Source: Macrostomum hystrix (lineage: Eukaryota > Animalia > Platyhelminthes). From it: a stretch of DNA of 64,000 nucleotides. Each line of letters begins with the position of its first letter. The stretch's first letter is position 1. The stretch lies in assembly GCA_950097015.1 (NCBI GenBank), contig CATNEN010000025.1, positions 5,208,001-5,272,000 on the forward strand, given 5' to 3'. A model generated the notes under the pieces. It searched no databases. It saw only the letters and a program-made list of their open reading frames with translations, and had not been told where the DNA came from. Positions 1 to 13,266 of the stretch are shown in pieces. Position numbers and translations under genes: made by a program.

Positions 1-804
1 AGCTTCTAGAACTGGGCTTGCGTATCGTTATCCGGACGCGACATCTTATCTCATTGGGCTGGATGCGTCGACACAGCGGTGCGCCTGGCAATGAGACGGT
101 TTTAGTTCGCGAATTCAACTCATCAGCGAGCGGGCAGTGAGTGATGCGTTATGCAGTCATTGGGTTTTGATGACAACAATTTTGGCTCCGGCCTTTGAGT
201 GATATAGATTTTATACTTTTTGCCACCAGGCACAATAAAACGTTTATTTGTCTATTACACTCGTATTTGATCTTTCTGAGAACTGAATGTATTGTGATCT
301 GCCGTAGGATACTTTCTTGTGCTATAAATAAAATTTCTATCATATTAACGTTATTTCAAAGAGAAATGTATTTTTTCAAGTCGATACCCTCCGCGAGAAT
401 ATACTACGAGCGTATTTTCTTTCGAATCTTCGAGCTTCAACAATCTCGATCTAACAACACTATCTATGAGGCACTATCAATAAGAAGTTTCTATTTTTAT
501 TGCGTACGTCTTTATTATCGCACAAAACAGCACTTAAGTATTTATTGGTTTAAAAAGCACGAAATGCGAACGAGCTACGACCGGATTAAAAACTGTGCAC
601 TGTCTTTTTATTTTTATTTTTTAAAAGAAGTAGCAGTAAAAATCTAAATATACATATATCATTGAGTACATTCGTTTCCAAGAGTGACTAAGTACTCGTA
701 AAAAAGCAAATGCAAAATTAGGATCTGATGCATTCCGGACTTGCTCTTGGTATGAGGAGGATCTCTGGTCTCTGTCATCACTAGGTGACAGTAGATGCGT
801 AGAG

Positions 805-845
805 TACACACGCACACAGATACTGTACGCAGGCACACGTTTCAA
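805..845 (-). mobile_element. Short fragment of the tRNA-derived SINE family seen at 7574, 58060 and 63122
   Basis: acacacgcacacagatactgtacgcaggca closely matches the body of the 63122-63489 copy (acacacgcacacagatactgtacccaggca). Confidence 0.5.
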
Positions 846-1497
846 CAGCAATTGATTGCCTCTCCGATCAAGGAAAACTAGATCTGAGTTTAGAACAGAA
901 TCGGAAGGCTGTTAGACTGCTTTGATTGTTAGACAGAACCTGCTTATCAATTATTTAGCTCGTAGCTAGAAAAAGTGCATCGTGCAACGCTGCTATGGTG
1001 TTTGGCTGGATTTGCAAAAAATAGAAAAACCTTATTAAGTCGGAGACAATCAAAAGAATTTTTCGCGCTTCTGTTCTTTTTGTACGGAACGCCACTGAAT
1101 TTTTTCTTGCCAGCGTGCATCGCTTTTGTAGTTTGTAGCGAAGGCCCAACAAACTGCTTTAGAATTCCGCCCCATGTGTAGGATGAATTGGATGAATTTC
1201 CTAGCTACAAACACTCTGACTTGAAAATTCTCTAATGAGTAGCACTTCTCAATACAAAGTACGGATTTTCCAGAAGCGTTTTGGCAGCTAGGCAGTGGTT
1301 ACACCCTGAGACTTGATGGACGCAGTGTTTCGCTAGTTGTGACAATTGAGGACCTGTACAAAAGCAATTTGCTGGTTCGATTCTTTATCCAGATTCTTGT
1401 GTCTTTTTGCATTGATACGCCACGCCCTCAAAAAATAAAAATAAAACCTCAAAAAACCTAAATCGCCAGAAAACGGCCTAAAATTTTCCGCTCATCG

Positions 1498-1752
1498 GCA
1501 TCGTCGAGATATTCAACGTTTCTCGTCGGGGGTCTTGAGGCCAAATCCACGAATATCGGCATAATTTTCCTGGACACAAAATTTCATAATGTAATTATAT
1601 CGGCTATTATTGATGATTTGCCTCATAATTATTGTATTGTTAATTATTATATGATTGAACCAATATGGTAAGCCATAGAATTTTTTACAAAGCAATTTTA
1701 CTTGCCTTTGTCACCAGGGTCTTGACAAAATCGCTGAATATCTCGACGATGC
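1498..1752. mobile_element. MITE-like element bounded by 21-bp inverted repeats
   Basis: gcatcgtcgagatattcaacg (1498-1518) is the reverse complement of cgctgaatatctcgacgatgc (1732-1752) with 1 mismatch. The interior is AT-rich and no clear TSD is visible. The 15-mer tcgagatattcaacg recurs near 31829. Confidence 0.5.
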
Positions 1753-2510
1753 TGACGTCAGACGGTGGACCCCGGCTTTGGTTCCGGATGGAGGACTTTC
1801 ACGAAAATCGGTCATTCGGTTTGTGAGCTGTCGTGAATTAGGCAGGGTACTTGAAATAGCCCCGTGGTCTTTCCCCAGGGTAAAAATAGCGTGGTCGTTC
1901 TACTCTGCAAAGCGTCGAGTGGCTTTGCTAACGGTGGTAAGCTTTTCAGAACAACTTACTAAGAGTAGGTTGCTACGCCCGAATTTTTTTAGGTTGCCAC
2001 ACGTCAGCAGTTCTATATTTAAAGGAAAGTTTTGTAAACTTATTTTCCAAAATTTGATAACTTATAACTCGCTAAATGTACGAGTATATAGCTTCTGCTG
2101 CATTTAGGTTATCCTTTAAACTGTGCAGTCATACTACTTGCTCAGCCAAGCCAATGCTTGCGTCCCGTAATTACGACGTAGCATTCTAATCCGGTTCATT
2201 CTGGCCTCTGAAAAGTCTCCGACAGAGTTTAACCGACAGAGAGGACCACGTGTAACCATCACAGCAGCTTTGATCGAACAGTGACAAATCCGACTGGCTA
2301 GGTTTCATTAGACTATTGTTGATTGCATCGTAAAAATTGTAGGCAAAACGCATCTGTTTACATGTCTTAGTTCTTCGGAATCTTCGCTTTTCAGGCTAAA
2401 GTAAATTGATTAAGCAAAGGGCTGTGAGTTAATATTTCGGTGTGAAGTTCTGCTGAATTGGAACAGTAAAGTTTTACAAAAAGTGTCATGCAGAAATCTA
2501 TCGGCGGGGC

Positions 2511-3841
2511 TCATTTGCTTGCGGCCCACAGAGCCCGTCGCAGGGTGGACTGGCTTGAGTTGGAGCTGGACAAAGCGCGATTCACCGGCGTGTCGCATTT
2601 CATCAGCTTCTGCCTGTGCACAAAGGAGGATGCCGTAGAACGCCAGGCAGCCGATGAAGCATCCGACGTGCCCGGACTTTGGCGCAGCGTCGCTGTCCGA
2701 TAGCTGCCGAGATCGTCGCCGGCCACAACGATTGGCATAGAGTGAGATGCGCTCGGTCTCAGGTAGAGAGAAGGCGATCTTGGCTGCGGGGTGGGAGGGT
2801 GAACGGCGAATCGAAGGGAGAATTCGAGTGAATCGAGAGACCAACAAGCGACCGAAGCATTTCATCACTTGCACGTACTCACCCGAGACTTATGTCAAGG
2901 GACGTCCTGCCACTATGAACCTCTAATCTGGGAGGTGCCACTCACCATTTCAACGCTGTCGGTAGGGTCACCAAAATCTACGGCGCCAGCGGCTGCCACC
3001 AAGGCGTCTGAGGCGCCGCGTCTCGGTCCGCCAGCCAGTCGAAGGCGAGCGTAGAAGCTGGCGACGCCCCCGCCAATGCTGTTGCCGCCACCGGAGGAAC
3101 TGTTTGACCAGCGAGACTGAGGCAGCGGCGCCGGCCGAGGTAGAAGCCGGCTGGCCTTCAACTCCACGCGACTGGCAGTGTACAGGGTGCGGCCGAGACT
3201 GCTGGAACTCGACTCAAGCATCTCCGACGGAGGCTGCAAAGGCTGTCGTCCGCGAGGTCCATCGACGGGATCGAGATCGGTTGGGCAACTGCGAGAGAAG
3301 TGAATTTTTGCGGCTGACAAACTCTGTTTTAATTTCATAGAGACAAAAAATTAAGTTAAAAAATTAATCAGTAGTGAGGGATTAAATAAACGAACTGACT
3401 ATAGAGAGATCAGCTAACTACGAAGGACTGAATTCCACACTAGTATTCGAGTACAATTATTTTTACTCCAAATGCAAGCTATTGTGCGAACTAGAATCGC
3501 GATAAGAGTCCTATTGAAAATCGGAGGAGTCGAGACTAATATCGAAGCTAATAGTCGATGCTATCGCGAACAGTAGCTAGTGACGTGTAAGGAACCGTAG
3601 CAAGTAACGTATAAGGAACCATAGCTGGTATTGTATCAGGAACCGTAGCTAGTACTGTATAAAGAACCGCAGCTTTAGCTAGTGTCATGAGCCGGAGCTA
3701 TTGTATTCAATAGGATAGCTAAAAAATAGTATGACATGGATGGTACCTAATGGGATACTTTTGCAGTTTCTGCTCATGTTGCTGCTTCTTATGGCGCTTT
3801 TTTCGTCGTCGAACTTTAGTCGGCAGTTCTTCGTCGTCCAT
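2511..3841 (-). CDS. Putative 3-exon orphan gene (~236 aa, basic N-terminus, Ser/Gly/Ala-rich); exons 3841-3747, 3288-2946, 2783-2511
   Basis: GC-rich open segments with donors AG|GTACCA and ATG|GTGAGT and acceptors ttctctcgcag and cccaccccgcag. Phases 2 and 0 join in frame (MDDEELPTKVRRRKKRHKK...SCPTDLDP...VEMPRSPSLY...WAASK*). The GC-rich stretch ends at the stop. No family recognised. Confidence 0.5.
3588..3674. repeat. Degenerate 24-bp tandem repeat (~3.5 copies)
   Basis: taaggaaccgtagcaagtaacgta / taaggaaccatagctggtattgta / tcaggaaccgtagctagtactgta / taaagaaccgcagct. Confidence 0.7.
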
Positions 3842-5308
3842 GTTTGTCCAGCTGTTTTTTAAGTCCCACGACTTTGTCTGTCTGCAGCTTGGTGACTGGT
3901 GGATCGGGTGCTCAGCTCCTTCTCGCATCCCCTCCGTCGCCTCCAGCCCACTGCGTCAGGGCTTTTACCTCTCCTCACAGCCATCGCTTCCTCCTCAGCG
4001 TTGCCCAACCGCCCGTTCTCACAACCAGCCTCGCTCTAGCTTCCATGCAGTTATTTTCATCTTCAACGCGCAGGTCCCTTCCCGGCTTCATCTTCCCCGC
4101 CCTTTTTGAGCCTCCTTCCCTGCTGCCTTCTGTGCACTCACTACAATGCCACCGAGGAAATAGGAAAGATAATAATAATACCGAAAGCTACCGAGGGAGA
4201 GCCGGAGCGGCAAGGCAGACTGCAGCAACTCTCTAGCCTCCTCTGCCATACGCAGCCACTGGCTTTTTCGTTGCTTCCTTGCGTCGGGACGCATTTTTAA
4301 ATAGCAGACTGAGCACTCGACGGTTGCTAGTCAGATTTTCAATATAGGCAATTCCGCACTTCGCCGGTTTTAGCCTGCGGTTTAAACCAACAAACCGACT
4401 CACCGAGTCACATACGCATTACTTTAAGCGATGATGGTTGGCACTATCGGTGTATAATAAAAACCCGAAAAACTAGCACTTCTTTTTAACAATATTCATA
4501 CAAGTGCTTTTCTATCAAAACGCTACTATTTTTTATTAAAGCGTATAGATAGTTTTAGCAAAAAGGTCGCTGATACTACTTGTTTAACACAGGCAAGTAG
4601 TACGAAGCTTTTACTCGGTGTACTCAGGGCTGCTCCGCTTACGAGCAGACGAGAGCGTCAGGAACGAGGTCCTTTACACGAGGGCCTGCAGCAACGCCAG
4701 TTCAATACCTTGTGCCATGAACTGGCGGGCCGATTGCTACTGCTCACAGCCTGCTCAGTTTGTTCTCATTGATCACCTAGCAGAGTCCGCCCAGGCGGGA
4801 AAAGGCTTGGACCAGGGCATACGGAGTTTGTTTGCTCCCTTTTTCTTGCGTTATTTTTGTTGTTGTTGTTGTTGAAGCATTGTGCAAATGCGTGAATAAA
4901 GACTACTAAAGTGACGGACGAGTGACGCTCGTATAAATAACGTCTAACGAAAGCCCGTCCTTGATGATGAAGTCAAAAAACGAAAGCACTTTTAGGCAGA
5001 TATTTTAAATATAAATCCTTTATAAACGAGTCTATTTATATGAGAAAAAAATTTGTATTTTATAATAAAGTTTATCTCTCAGTCAGTCAGTTAATATTAC
5101 AGTAAGTTTGATTTGTTCATGAAAAAGGACACAAAAATCTAAAATTGGTGGACTGCTACGAATAGTGTGATCCGTTGAATAACTTGAAGTGCCAGTCTGC
5201 CCACTCTTGTAGGTTATAATTCTTGACCTCTCAAGCTGGATCTGCCGTACCCTGGACACCAGTTTTGACTGATTCACAATCCGGAAGTGGAAATGTACAG
5301 GCGAGTCT

Positions 5309-8300
5309 TCAGGCAGCCGCCTGCTCAGCAGCAGCTGCGGTCGTCGCTGGCGCTGCTGCTGAAGCTCTCGCTGTCACAGTCGACAGCGCCAAGAAGCTCC
5401 TGGCGGTGGCGTGCAGCTGGGCTCGCCTCTCGGCGTCGGTCAAAGGCGCCGGCAGCCGACGATGCAGAGGCGTCTTTGTGTCGCAAATCAGCCGAAAGCC
5501 GCGACCGTGCTCGGGCCGCGCCAGGTAGTCAACACCCAGGCTGCGGCCCTCTCGACCGCCGGGCATGAAGGCCTTGACACCCGAGCCCTCAGCGACGCCG
5601 CTGTCTGTGTGCACAGCCAGTGCGGGCACGTCCCGAACTCCGGGATAGATGAAGCCAAACTTCACCGCCGGGTCTTTCAGCAGCCCGGTCAGCCGATCCA
5701 ACTGGTTGCTAGCCGCGTTATGGCCCCGCTCCGTCATCTCCGTGCCGGGCAGGCGGCGGTGTGTCCGAACTCGCGTCGAATCCACAACAACAGCGGCCGA
5801 CCATTCGGCCTGCTCCTTTCTGGCCACCTCTGCAGCCTCGGCCGCCTTCACGTCGCCAGTTGGGAAGATTGAGTGCGGCTCCTGGCCGAAGGTGCCCCGC
5901 GGCTGCCGCCAGACATCAAGGTCGTTGTGCCGCTCCGACCAGGCCAGCGGCTCCCGGCCTGGCACTGTCGGCCGCAGCTGCGCACCATGCAGATCGTTCT
6001 CCGACCACGGCTCCACCAGGGCGTCCAGGCGGGACGGATCCGGCCGGCGCGGATGAACGTTGGCCTCGGCCGAGGTCTTGTGTCCGGGACAGGACCAGCC
6101 GGCCGCGCTCAGCCAGCGAGCTCGCGAGTCGGCGGCGGCGTCGCTTGTGACGCGCTTGACATTCACCGGAGACACGGTGCCGGCGGCGTGGAACTCGGGC
6201 ATGTAGGTGTACCGCCGGTCCGGTCGCATCCGACGCCGGATCTCTGCCAACGCTAGCTCCGTCGAGTTCAGCGCCTGAGTGCTGTAGTTGTGCGCTGGCG
6301 GTGGCGCCGACGCTGGAGGTCCTCTACGGGCCTCGACTTCGGCCAGGCGCTGGCGCCGTTCGTCAGCCACTGCGGCGCTCTTGGCTTGGACAGAGCGGAC
6401 GTTGGCACGCACAAAGTCGGGACAGGTGCGCGATCGCTGAAAGCCCGCCAGATCCGGCTGTGGAATCGATCTCGCTGCGAGTTGAGCCGGCGTCGGACCC
6501 GACACAGGCAACTTTTGGCTAAGCTTTCTTGGCGTCGCTGATGAAGCCTCCAAAACTTGGGGTGGCGGCGTCGCCGGGCCGGACTCCATGTGAATCATGT
6601 CGTCGACGCCGACCGGAACAGAGAACTCCTTGGAGAGGGAGGCCAGCATGCCGGCTGTAGGAAAGTTTTCGCTCTTGACCGCGGCCAGCATGGATTCGCT
6701 GGCTAGCAGGCTGCCCAGCTTGCTCAGACACAGGAAGCAATCTCGCGGCACAGTGTCGCGAACGTACAACACCTGAGTTGTGGAATGGGCATTTTATCGG
6801 CTTTAAGACGTCTTCAACTCGACTCTATGTCAATAGATCCACGAATGCGTGGATGATGAAGAGCTGACGTATGCTCTTATCTATAGTCTATATTAAGTTG
6901 AATACACTTACCGATTGCTCGAGAATGGCCTCCAGTCGATCGTACAGCCGGATGCAGGGGAAGTCCAGGCCCATCCTGGCATACAGGCGCCGGCTAAAGG
7001 TCACGTCGGCGTTAAACATGACGCGCAGATCGTCGCCTGGACCGCGTGGCTGCATGGCCGCCCAGACTGACGCCACACCCTGGCTGGCCGGGCCTTCCAC
7101 TACGAAAAGGTGGCGCCTGCCATCTGCCAGGTGAAAACCGGATATAGCAGTCTCGTCAGCCGTTTGTTGCTGTTGCTGCTGCTGCTGGGCACTGTTATCT
7201 GCCTCCAGCTTCCGGCTGGTGAGAGCTGTGGAGATGGCGTGCTCTGGGAGGTTGGAGAGACCGAAAGCGGCGGCATTGATAGAGCGCAGCATGGCACGCA
7301 GTCGGTGCAGCAGCGCCACATTGTGGTAGTCGAAAGTGAGAACGATCCGACCGAATCTTGAGTGAAGGAGACGAAGGTGGGAGATTGATTGATCACTGGT
7401 TTAACATAAGATGGACCCAAATCTATTACGTAATACTATTCCAGCACCCACCTCCCTCCTGCAACTTTCTCCCTCTGTTTGGTGCGAAGATCTGCGAGTC
7501 GACTGAAATGTACTTGAGGAACAATTCGGAACAAAAGTTCAATAAAACTCAATAGCACAAACACTGGCAAAAGGAGAGTGAGTAGCAGAGCGCTATAAGG
7601 CTCTTGCCTCTAGCACTAAGGTTCCTGAACTCGACTCCGCGGAGAGGCCACATTCATTTGGGGCGCAGCCGTGGAGAGAAGGCTTGGGGGCTTGTCGTGC
7701 CATTGACGCCCTTGAGGGCCAGCCTCCAAGGCACAGGGAAGTGTGCTTTGCCTGACGATGAGAAAGTCAGGGCAGATGTACACACCCTGTGTGAGCATGT
7801 GCCTGCGTACGGAATCTGAGTTCGTTTGTGCTCAGGAATCAGCTGAATAGGCACATTGCCTCCTGCACCAAATGATATGCCATGGCCCACAGCCCAATTG
7901 AAATTATTATTATTATTATGGCTTTCACTTCTCATCGATTAAAGGTGCATGAATCTCCCAGGTGTGAAATCTTGCATGACCCGCGCTCACTTTGCCTGTC
8001 GATTTCGACCGCCGGCCAGCGGCCTGGCAAGCTGTAGCATTACTTTGATGGTGGCGCCGCTGTTGGTAAAGTCACCGGCCTCCAACGGCGCTCTGGTAGG
8101 CCCGTCGATGGCGCCGACAACTCCGGGTACGCGGTTGCTGCCGTCGGCACCGTCGAGTCCCAGAGGGCTTGGCGGCTCGCAGCGCTGAATGGGGATGTCA
8201 GCCTCGATTAGGCGCTGGCCGTACAGCAGTCCGCTGATGTCCACGCGGGCCCGGCCGTGCGGGTCCCAGGCGCGCACGCGGCTGCCCGGGAAAGCGCCGT

Positions 8301-10272
8301 ACTGGGTGCGCTTGGCACTGACCAGACCGACGCTGCTGATCTTTTCGTCTTCGAGATCGTCACCGAATAGTGCCGGCTCCAGGCGCTGCTCCTCAGGCCG
8401 CCTGTCACGATCGTGGATCTCCAGCCAGAAGCCTGGACCCTTGGCGTACTCGCACAAGGCCACCGGATCTTTCAGACCGGTTAGAACCACCTTTGTCGCG
8501 AAAATGTTTGTGACAATTATTTAGAACCTTTTTAATTTCGGCCGTTACTAAAAAAGTTTGTAAAATATTTGTAGTCAGCTCTTTACCTGCACATCGTCCC
8601 AGACAACCTTTTCACCGTGCTCGCGACCGGCGGTGCGGTGCAACGGCTGGTCAAAAAAGGTGTACTGGCAGAACACTGGCTCGCAGCGTTCCCGCAGGCC
8701 TTGCTGGCCGTAAGGCTCAAGGGGCATGCACTGCACGGAGCGGAGACGTATGCTTAACGGATTCAGCGACTCCTTCTGGGCGTCGGACAGCAGCGGTTCC
8801 GAGATGCACAGCATGACGAACGCGTCCTCCAGGTTTAAAGCCGGCTCCGTCAGGCGCTCAATGACACAATCTGTGGTGAACAGAGCCGCCAGGTTCAGCT
8901 CGATCCGAGCCCGACCGTTGCGCTCCCACTCGGGGTCTACCTGGCGCTTGCCACGCGCTTTACCTGCTGCGCTAGAGGTGCCACCGCCGCCACCACCACA
9001 GCCACCCTCACCATCAATGTCGCTAGCTCGATCGGTTGTGGCGCCTGGAGCAGCCGAGCCCAGGCGACTCAATTCATCCATCCCAGACGGATCGGCGCTC
9101 CTGCCGGTGGCTGGCGGTGGAGCCGCTGCAGCTGCTGATGTAGAGCCTCCTCCCTGGTTAGGACGGCCCGCGCTCCGGCGCACCTTGAAGTCATCTGGAT
9201 CAGGGCCTGAAGAACCAGCAAGCCGCGCCAACTTGTTGAAAGTCTGCGGTCGGCCAGTCCCGTCGAACTTTGTCACTGCGTACAGGCCAAACTCCTCCTT
9301 CTGCTGCTGCTGCAACTGGAGCTGCTGATGTGTAGATCTTGATGCGCCGCCGCTGCGTCTCCCTCGGCCGGTACGACGTCTTCCGGCTGCTGTCTCAGCG
9401 TCGCCACCGTCTGCACCGGCAGCTTCAGTTGCCTCACGAGAAGCGGCCATGGCAGCGGCACGCAACGCCATCGTCTCGTGCGGTAGCGGCCGGTTCAGCC
9501 ACAGCCGGGTGGGGATTTTTCGCTCGTAGAGTCGCGACAGTCGCGACAGAGCGCCTCGAACGCCGAATTGGCGTTCATCGCGGCCAACTCGCGGCGCCGG
9601 AAATTTGAAGTTGCGCGTTCTATCGTACTTGGCCTTCGTGGAGCACTTCTCCTTGGCGTCCCAGATCTTCAGCTCGAATCTATGTGTGCTGAGGGACATC
9701 AGCAGGGCGTCAGTGACCGCCATCTGGTAGCTCTGCTGCCACGCCACCCACAGATCGTCGCCATCTCCCCAGAGCTTCACATTGCGGTATTCACCGCGGC
9801 CGCTCTGGCTTGTGTCTGCGAACACCTTGGCCGCCTCATGGCCAAACAGGACCACATCGACCTTGACCAGCTCGTCCGGGAACACCCGGTACTCAATATG
9901 GTAGTAGTTCAGCTTGCGACCATCGCCGCTTGGCTCTTCCTCGGTAATGGACATAGGCACCGCGAACGCAATGGTCACGTAGAAAGTGACATCGTGTGTG
10001 CCCGGTGGTGGGGCCTCCTTGGTCTTGCGCCGGCGCACCGGGCGCGTCTCAAATGCCAAGTCGCGCGTGACAATGCCCGGGCCGTCATCATCAGGCGGCG
10101 GCGTCTCATCCTGTAGAGCTGGTGCTGGAGTAGTCAGCTCGCTATGAGCACCCTCGCTGCCGGCTGGGCTGACATCGCCAGCTCCGGCGGCTGTGCGAGT
10201 CCGTCCGCCGGAGCGAGATCGCGGCGCCTGCAGCAACTGCTGCTGCTGATGATGATGATGTTGGGCGCTCAT
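5309..10272 (-). CDS. CFAP92: CFAP92 (KIAA1257/FLJ43738, DUF4550)-like ciliary protein, ~1360 aa; exons 10272-8587, 8490-7991, 7356-6912, 6772-5309
   Basis: Motifs recalled from CFAP92: YYHIEYRVFPDE-VKVDVVLF...W-W-Q-Y (DUF4550), LNPLSIRL...C-PVFC-Y-F, LEIHDRDR..PALFGDD..WDPHG, FGRIVLTFDY, HLFVVEG, NYSTQALNSTELA. All three introns are GT-AG with matching phases (0, 2, 0). The start codon is uncertain. Confidence 0.85.
7574..7918 (+). mobile_element. tRNA-derived SINE in CFAP92 intron 2
   Basis: Degenerate tRNA-like head (gagtagcagagcg...gaactcgactcc). The body is shared with the copies at 58060-58294 and 63122-63489 (gcgcagccg-ggagagaaggc, cctgacgatgagaaagtcagggcagatgtacaca). It ends in an (ATT)n tail. 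Confidence 0.8.
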
Positions 10273-11379
10273 GCTTTCTACCTGAGCTTGTACCTTTTCT
10301 TCAAGCGGGCCTTTAGTTACAACGCAACCATTAACTGCAGGGACTTGTTTTACTTTTATTTGCCGTAAAATTGACAACTAAGCTACAAGTTTAGACGCGC
10401 CAGTAAAATGCCTGCGCCTACCTGTCCTCCTCCTTTTTCTTTCTATCTGTTGTCAAGGCAAGTCAAGTGTGCGCTATGCGGTGAGAGAAGGACAGGCGCA
10501 CTGGCATCTGAGATGGAGGGCTTCGATACTCATTGTAGGGGTGGCTGGTTGAAGAGGCCCGCTTTTTTGTACTCTCTCTATTCTCTGCTGTCAGCGCACC
10601 CAAAACGGTCTCTGCTCTCTCCTGCTTCACAGATTCGCACTTGGCTGCCGCACAACTGGGTCTCAGGGCGAGCGCTTTTTGTGGGGCTCTATCAGCAGGG
10701 CCTGAGCCACAGAGCCTTTTGCTATGGGCGTTAGAGAGAGAGAGAGCTTGAAAGGAAGGCTGAGGAACACGTGGAGAAAACGCCTTAGAGAGCGCACAAG
10801 CGGGTTGCCCTGGAAACGGAGCGGCGTCCCCAGCCCTCACCGCTCCGCTGCAGGCTTTCTTCTGCAGGGCAAGCAGCGGGTTGTTATCAATGAAGAATGC
10901 ACAGTACTGGTGGCCGAGCAGTGCAGGGAATGCACGGTGCGGCACAGGCAATGAAAGAGCTCTGATTCAAAGTGGCCAGTAGCAGTATGCAAAAACAAGC
11001 CAATGTTGAAATTGTAGCTACGCTTGTAGAAGTTCAGTCTGAAAGATCTGACAAAAATTCAGGCAGTCTAAAAATTTCCGTTGTTACCGGGCAGAAAATG
11101 GGGAGAACGAGCTACTTTGCGGTGTAATTCAGTTGAGTACACGCGTCTAAATGTGGTGAATATTGTAGCTATGCAAAAATTCTACAATGCAACTAAACTG
11201 CCCATACTGTTTCGCTTTGAATGCGCGTTGCTGCAAACTCAGTCACCTAACTCAATGCGTCACTGGAAAAAAACTGGAAAAAGCCTGGATTGAGAGAATG
11301 GGAAAAGTATCCCGTCTCATCTCGTCCAGTTTGATGTGCAGTGAGGGATCTGCCAATCCGTGGAGGAAAATATCCCACG

Positions 11380-11970
11380 GGGATGAAGTCCGTCATTGCT
11401 TTTGTTCACAAGAAAGGACACTAAAGTTCACAAATCGTGGAAAATGTTGAGTCCATTAGTACCCATTAAGGAAGGAATTATGCATCTTTTGTGGATGTTA
11501 CACCTATACAATAACACTTATTTTGCGCGCTATGGAAAGAAAGTCAAATATGCGTTCATCAGGCCGATGCAAAGCCGAGTGTACTTTCGACCTTATTACT
11601 GTGTAAATAAGTAGTAAATGTAGTATCGCTTTTGACAACAAAAACGGGATTCCATAGGTTCATTCAAGGCCATGCCACAGACCACACCCAAGTCATGGAA
11701 TCAAGCAGTTTAGTAAAGTCTAACTGAGGGAGTCTTGGCCATAGACTACAATTTCTATTCAAAAGCTATTCAAAACTACAGTCAGACTGCGATTTAATTC
11801 TCTTCCCTCCCCTGTGCTGCTTCTGTTTGGCCTGAAAGTGACCCCAATGGCGCCACCAATTCCTGTAGCAGATCGCCAGCGGCTGATTGTGCAATCGAAA
11901 ACGGGTAACGCAGGAGCTCCAAGAATCTTGCAAATTAAGAAAGGAACCCGATTCAGAATAGCTTCCAACT
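11380..11970 (-). pseudogene. Heavily degraded non-LTR (LINE) reverse transcriptase relic
   Basis: Broken frames give TFRPNRSS (cf. GFRPNRST), LDFTKLLDSMTW (cf. LDF-KAFDSV-W) and KRCIIPSL (cf. QGC-LSP-L), in the expected order. There are many stops and frameshifts. Confidence 0.4.
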
Positions 11971-12703
11971 TTTAACTAGATGGCAGAATAAAATCACTTT
12001 CTCGCGGTTGCTGTCAGAGGTATTCTGTATTCCAATACTCCATTGCGTGTGTGAATTGCGTGTCGCTGTCCTTCCTTTAAGCGTACGTCCATAACTGTCA
12101 GTTGAACAGAATCTGGTCTTGAAAAAGCAAGCACTTGTGAAAGACAAATAAGCTGGCAGTGCAGAAGCAGGCAGGCAGGCAGAAGCAAGCTGGCAGTGCA
12201 AAGAAGACTTAGCCACAATTTTACCACAGACAAAAAAGCAACCCTCGTACGCTCGTAAAATGCTACCCCAGTACATATTTATTGGTTTACATTTATTGAT
12301 TTGTTAAGCTCTAAAGCTTCATGAATCTTTGAGGCAGATAAAAACTCAACAAAGTCAACTATACAGTATTTTTGTAACTCTATGAGCCACCCTTGCCCAA
12401 ATAGACAGTGATAACTTTTTTTAAAAACAACATATGAGGAAGATTTTTTAGTCAAATTAAAGCTGATATTTTTCGCTTTCGAACAACACCAAACTTGCTG
12501 ATTTTCAAGCATCAGTAAGGCTATACGAGCAAAAGTATCACTACTTTTTGGACAACCCGTTAGTTTATTTGCATCGATGCAAAGTGAAATAAATAATTTA
12601 TTGCACTCGTGTGTTGTACCTGTGGTAGCGTGGCACACACAATTGGTGAAAATAACCAAGACAAGGACGCTAGACTCTGAGAGGATTTATCCGGCCTCAA
12701 CAC

Positions 12704-13266
12704 TGATGCTTCTTCGCAGTGGAACAATCTGGTAGTCAGGCTACAGATTGTCCAGTTCCCTCGTTATTGGGCCTCACCTTTGAATACTGGAATTCTCTAA
12801 GTGTGGAAACTCTTCCAACTCAATAAATAGCGTACCTTAGTCTTTGGGGACTAGGCACGAAGCAAAGTTAGAATCAACGCTTGCAAATAAATGCAGTTTC
12901 TAACTTACGAACCGTGAACGGAAAAGCATGTCCTAGGTCCTAGGTGTGCGACTAGGGTACACGAAGTGAACTACCACGATGCAAACAGCACCCGGTGTAT
13001 TCGTCGGACTGTGCTCAACTTATAGTTTGAGCATTTGAGCGATATTCTGCCAGTCTTCTTCCGAACCGAAGCGATTGCACCATGGCGTGCGATATGACTC
13101 AGTGCGCAGACAGACCTAGAACGAGAGAGAGAAAGAGGAGGGGGTGGCGAGCGGAGGTGAATGTGCACGGGAACCACAAACTACCTACACCCCAGCCCTC
13201 CCACAGACCTAGGATAGCCTGACTCACTGATTGTCTGGAGGCTGCTCAGCAGTCTACAGCACATCA
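12704..13266 (-). repeat. Putative 3' LTR (~563 bp)
   Basis: On the minus strand the purine tract GGAGGAGAA is directly followed by TGATG at 13266, and the segment ends in CATCA at 12704 (TGATG...CATCA termini). There is no second LTR in the window to confirm it. Confidence 0.6.

Noticed and set aside
195-647. 150-aa AT-rich ORF
   Set aside because: Its composition is typical of random AT-rich DNA (F/I/Y/K-rich), with no motif and no splice support.
2410-2874. 154-aa ORF with a hydrophobic GCFIGCLAFYGILL segment
   Set aside because: The splice phase from the upstream exon favours the other frame (ending at 2511), and the GC-rich stretch ends at that stop; this ORF starts inside the predicted intron.
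4618-4860. GC-rich island that might be an ncRNA or retroelement relic
   Set aside because: No recognisable RNA motif, and all frames are broken, so no call can be supported.
5223-10116. Many plus-strand ORFs of 70-200 aa overlapping CFAP92
   Set aside because: They are antisense shadows of GC-rich coding exons; the same applies to shadows over the ALMS, plastin and integrase regions.
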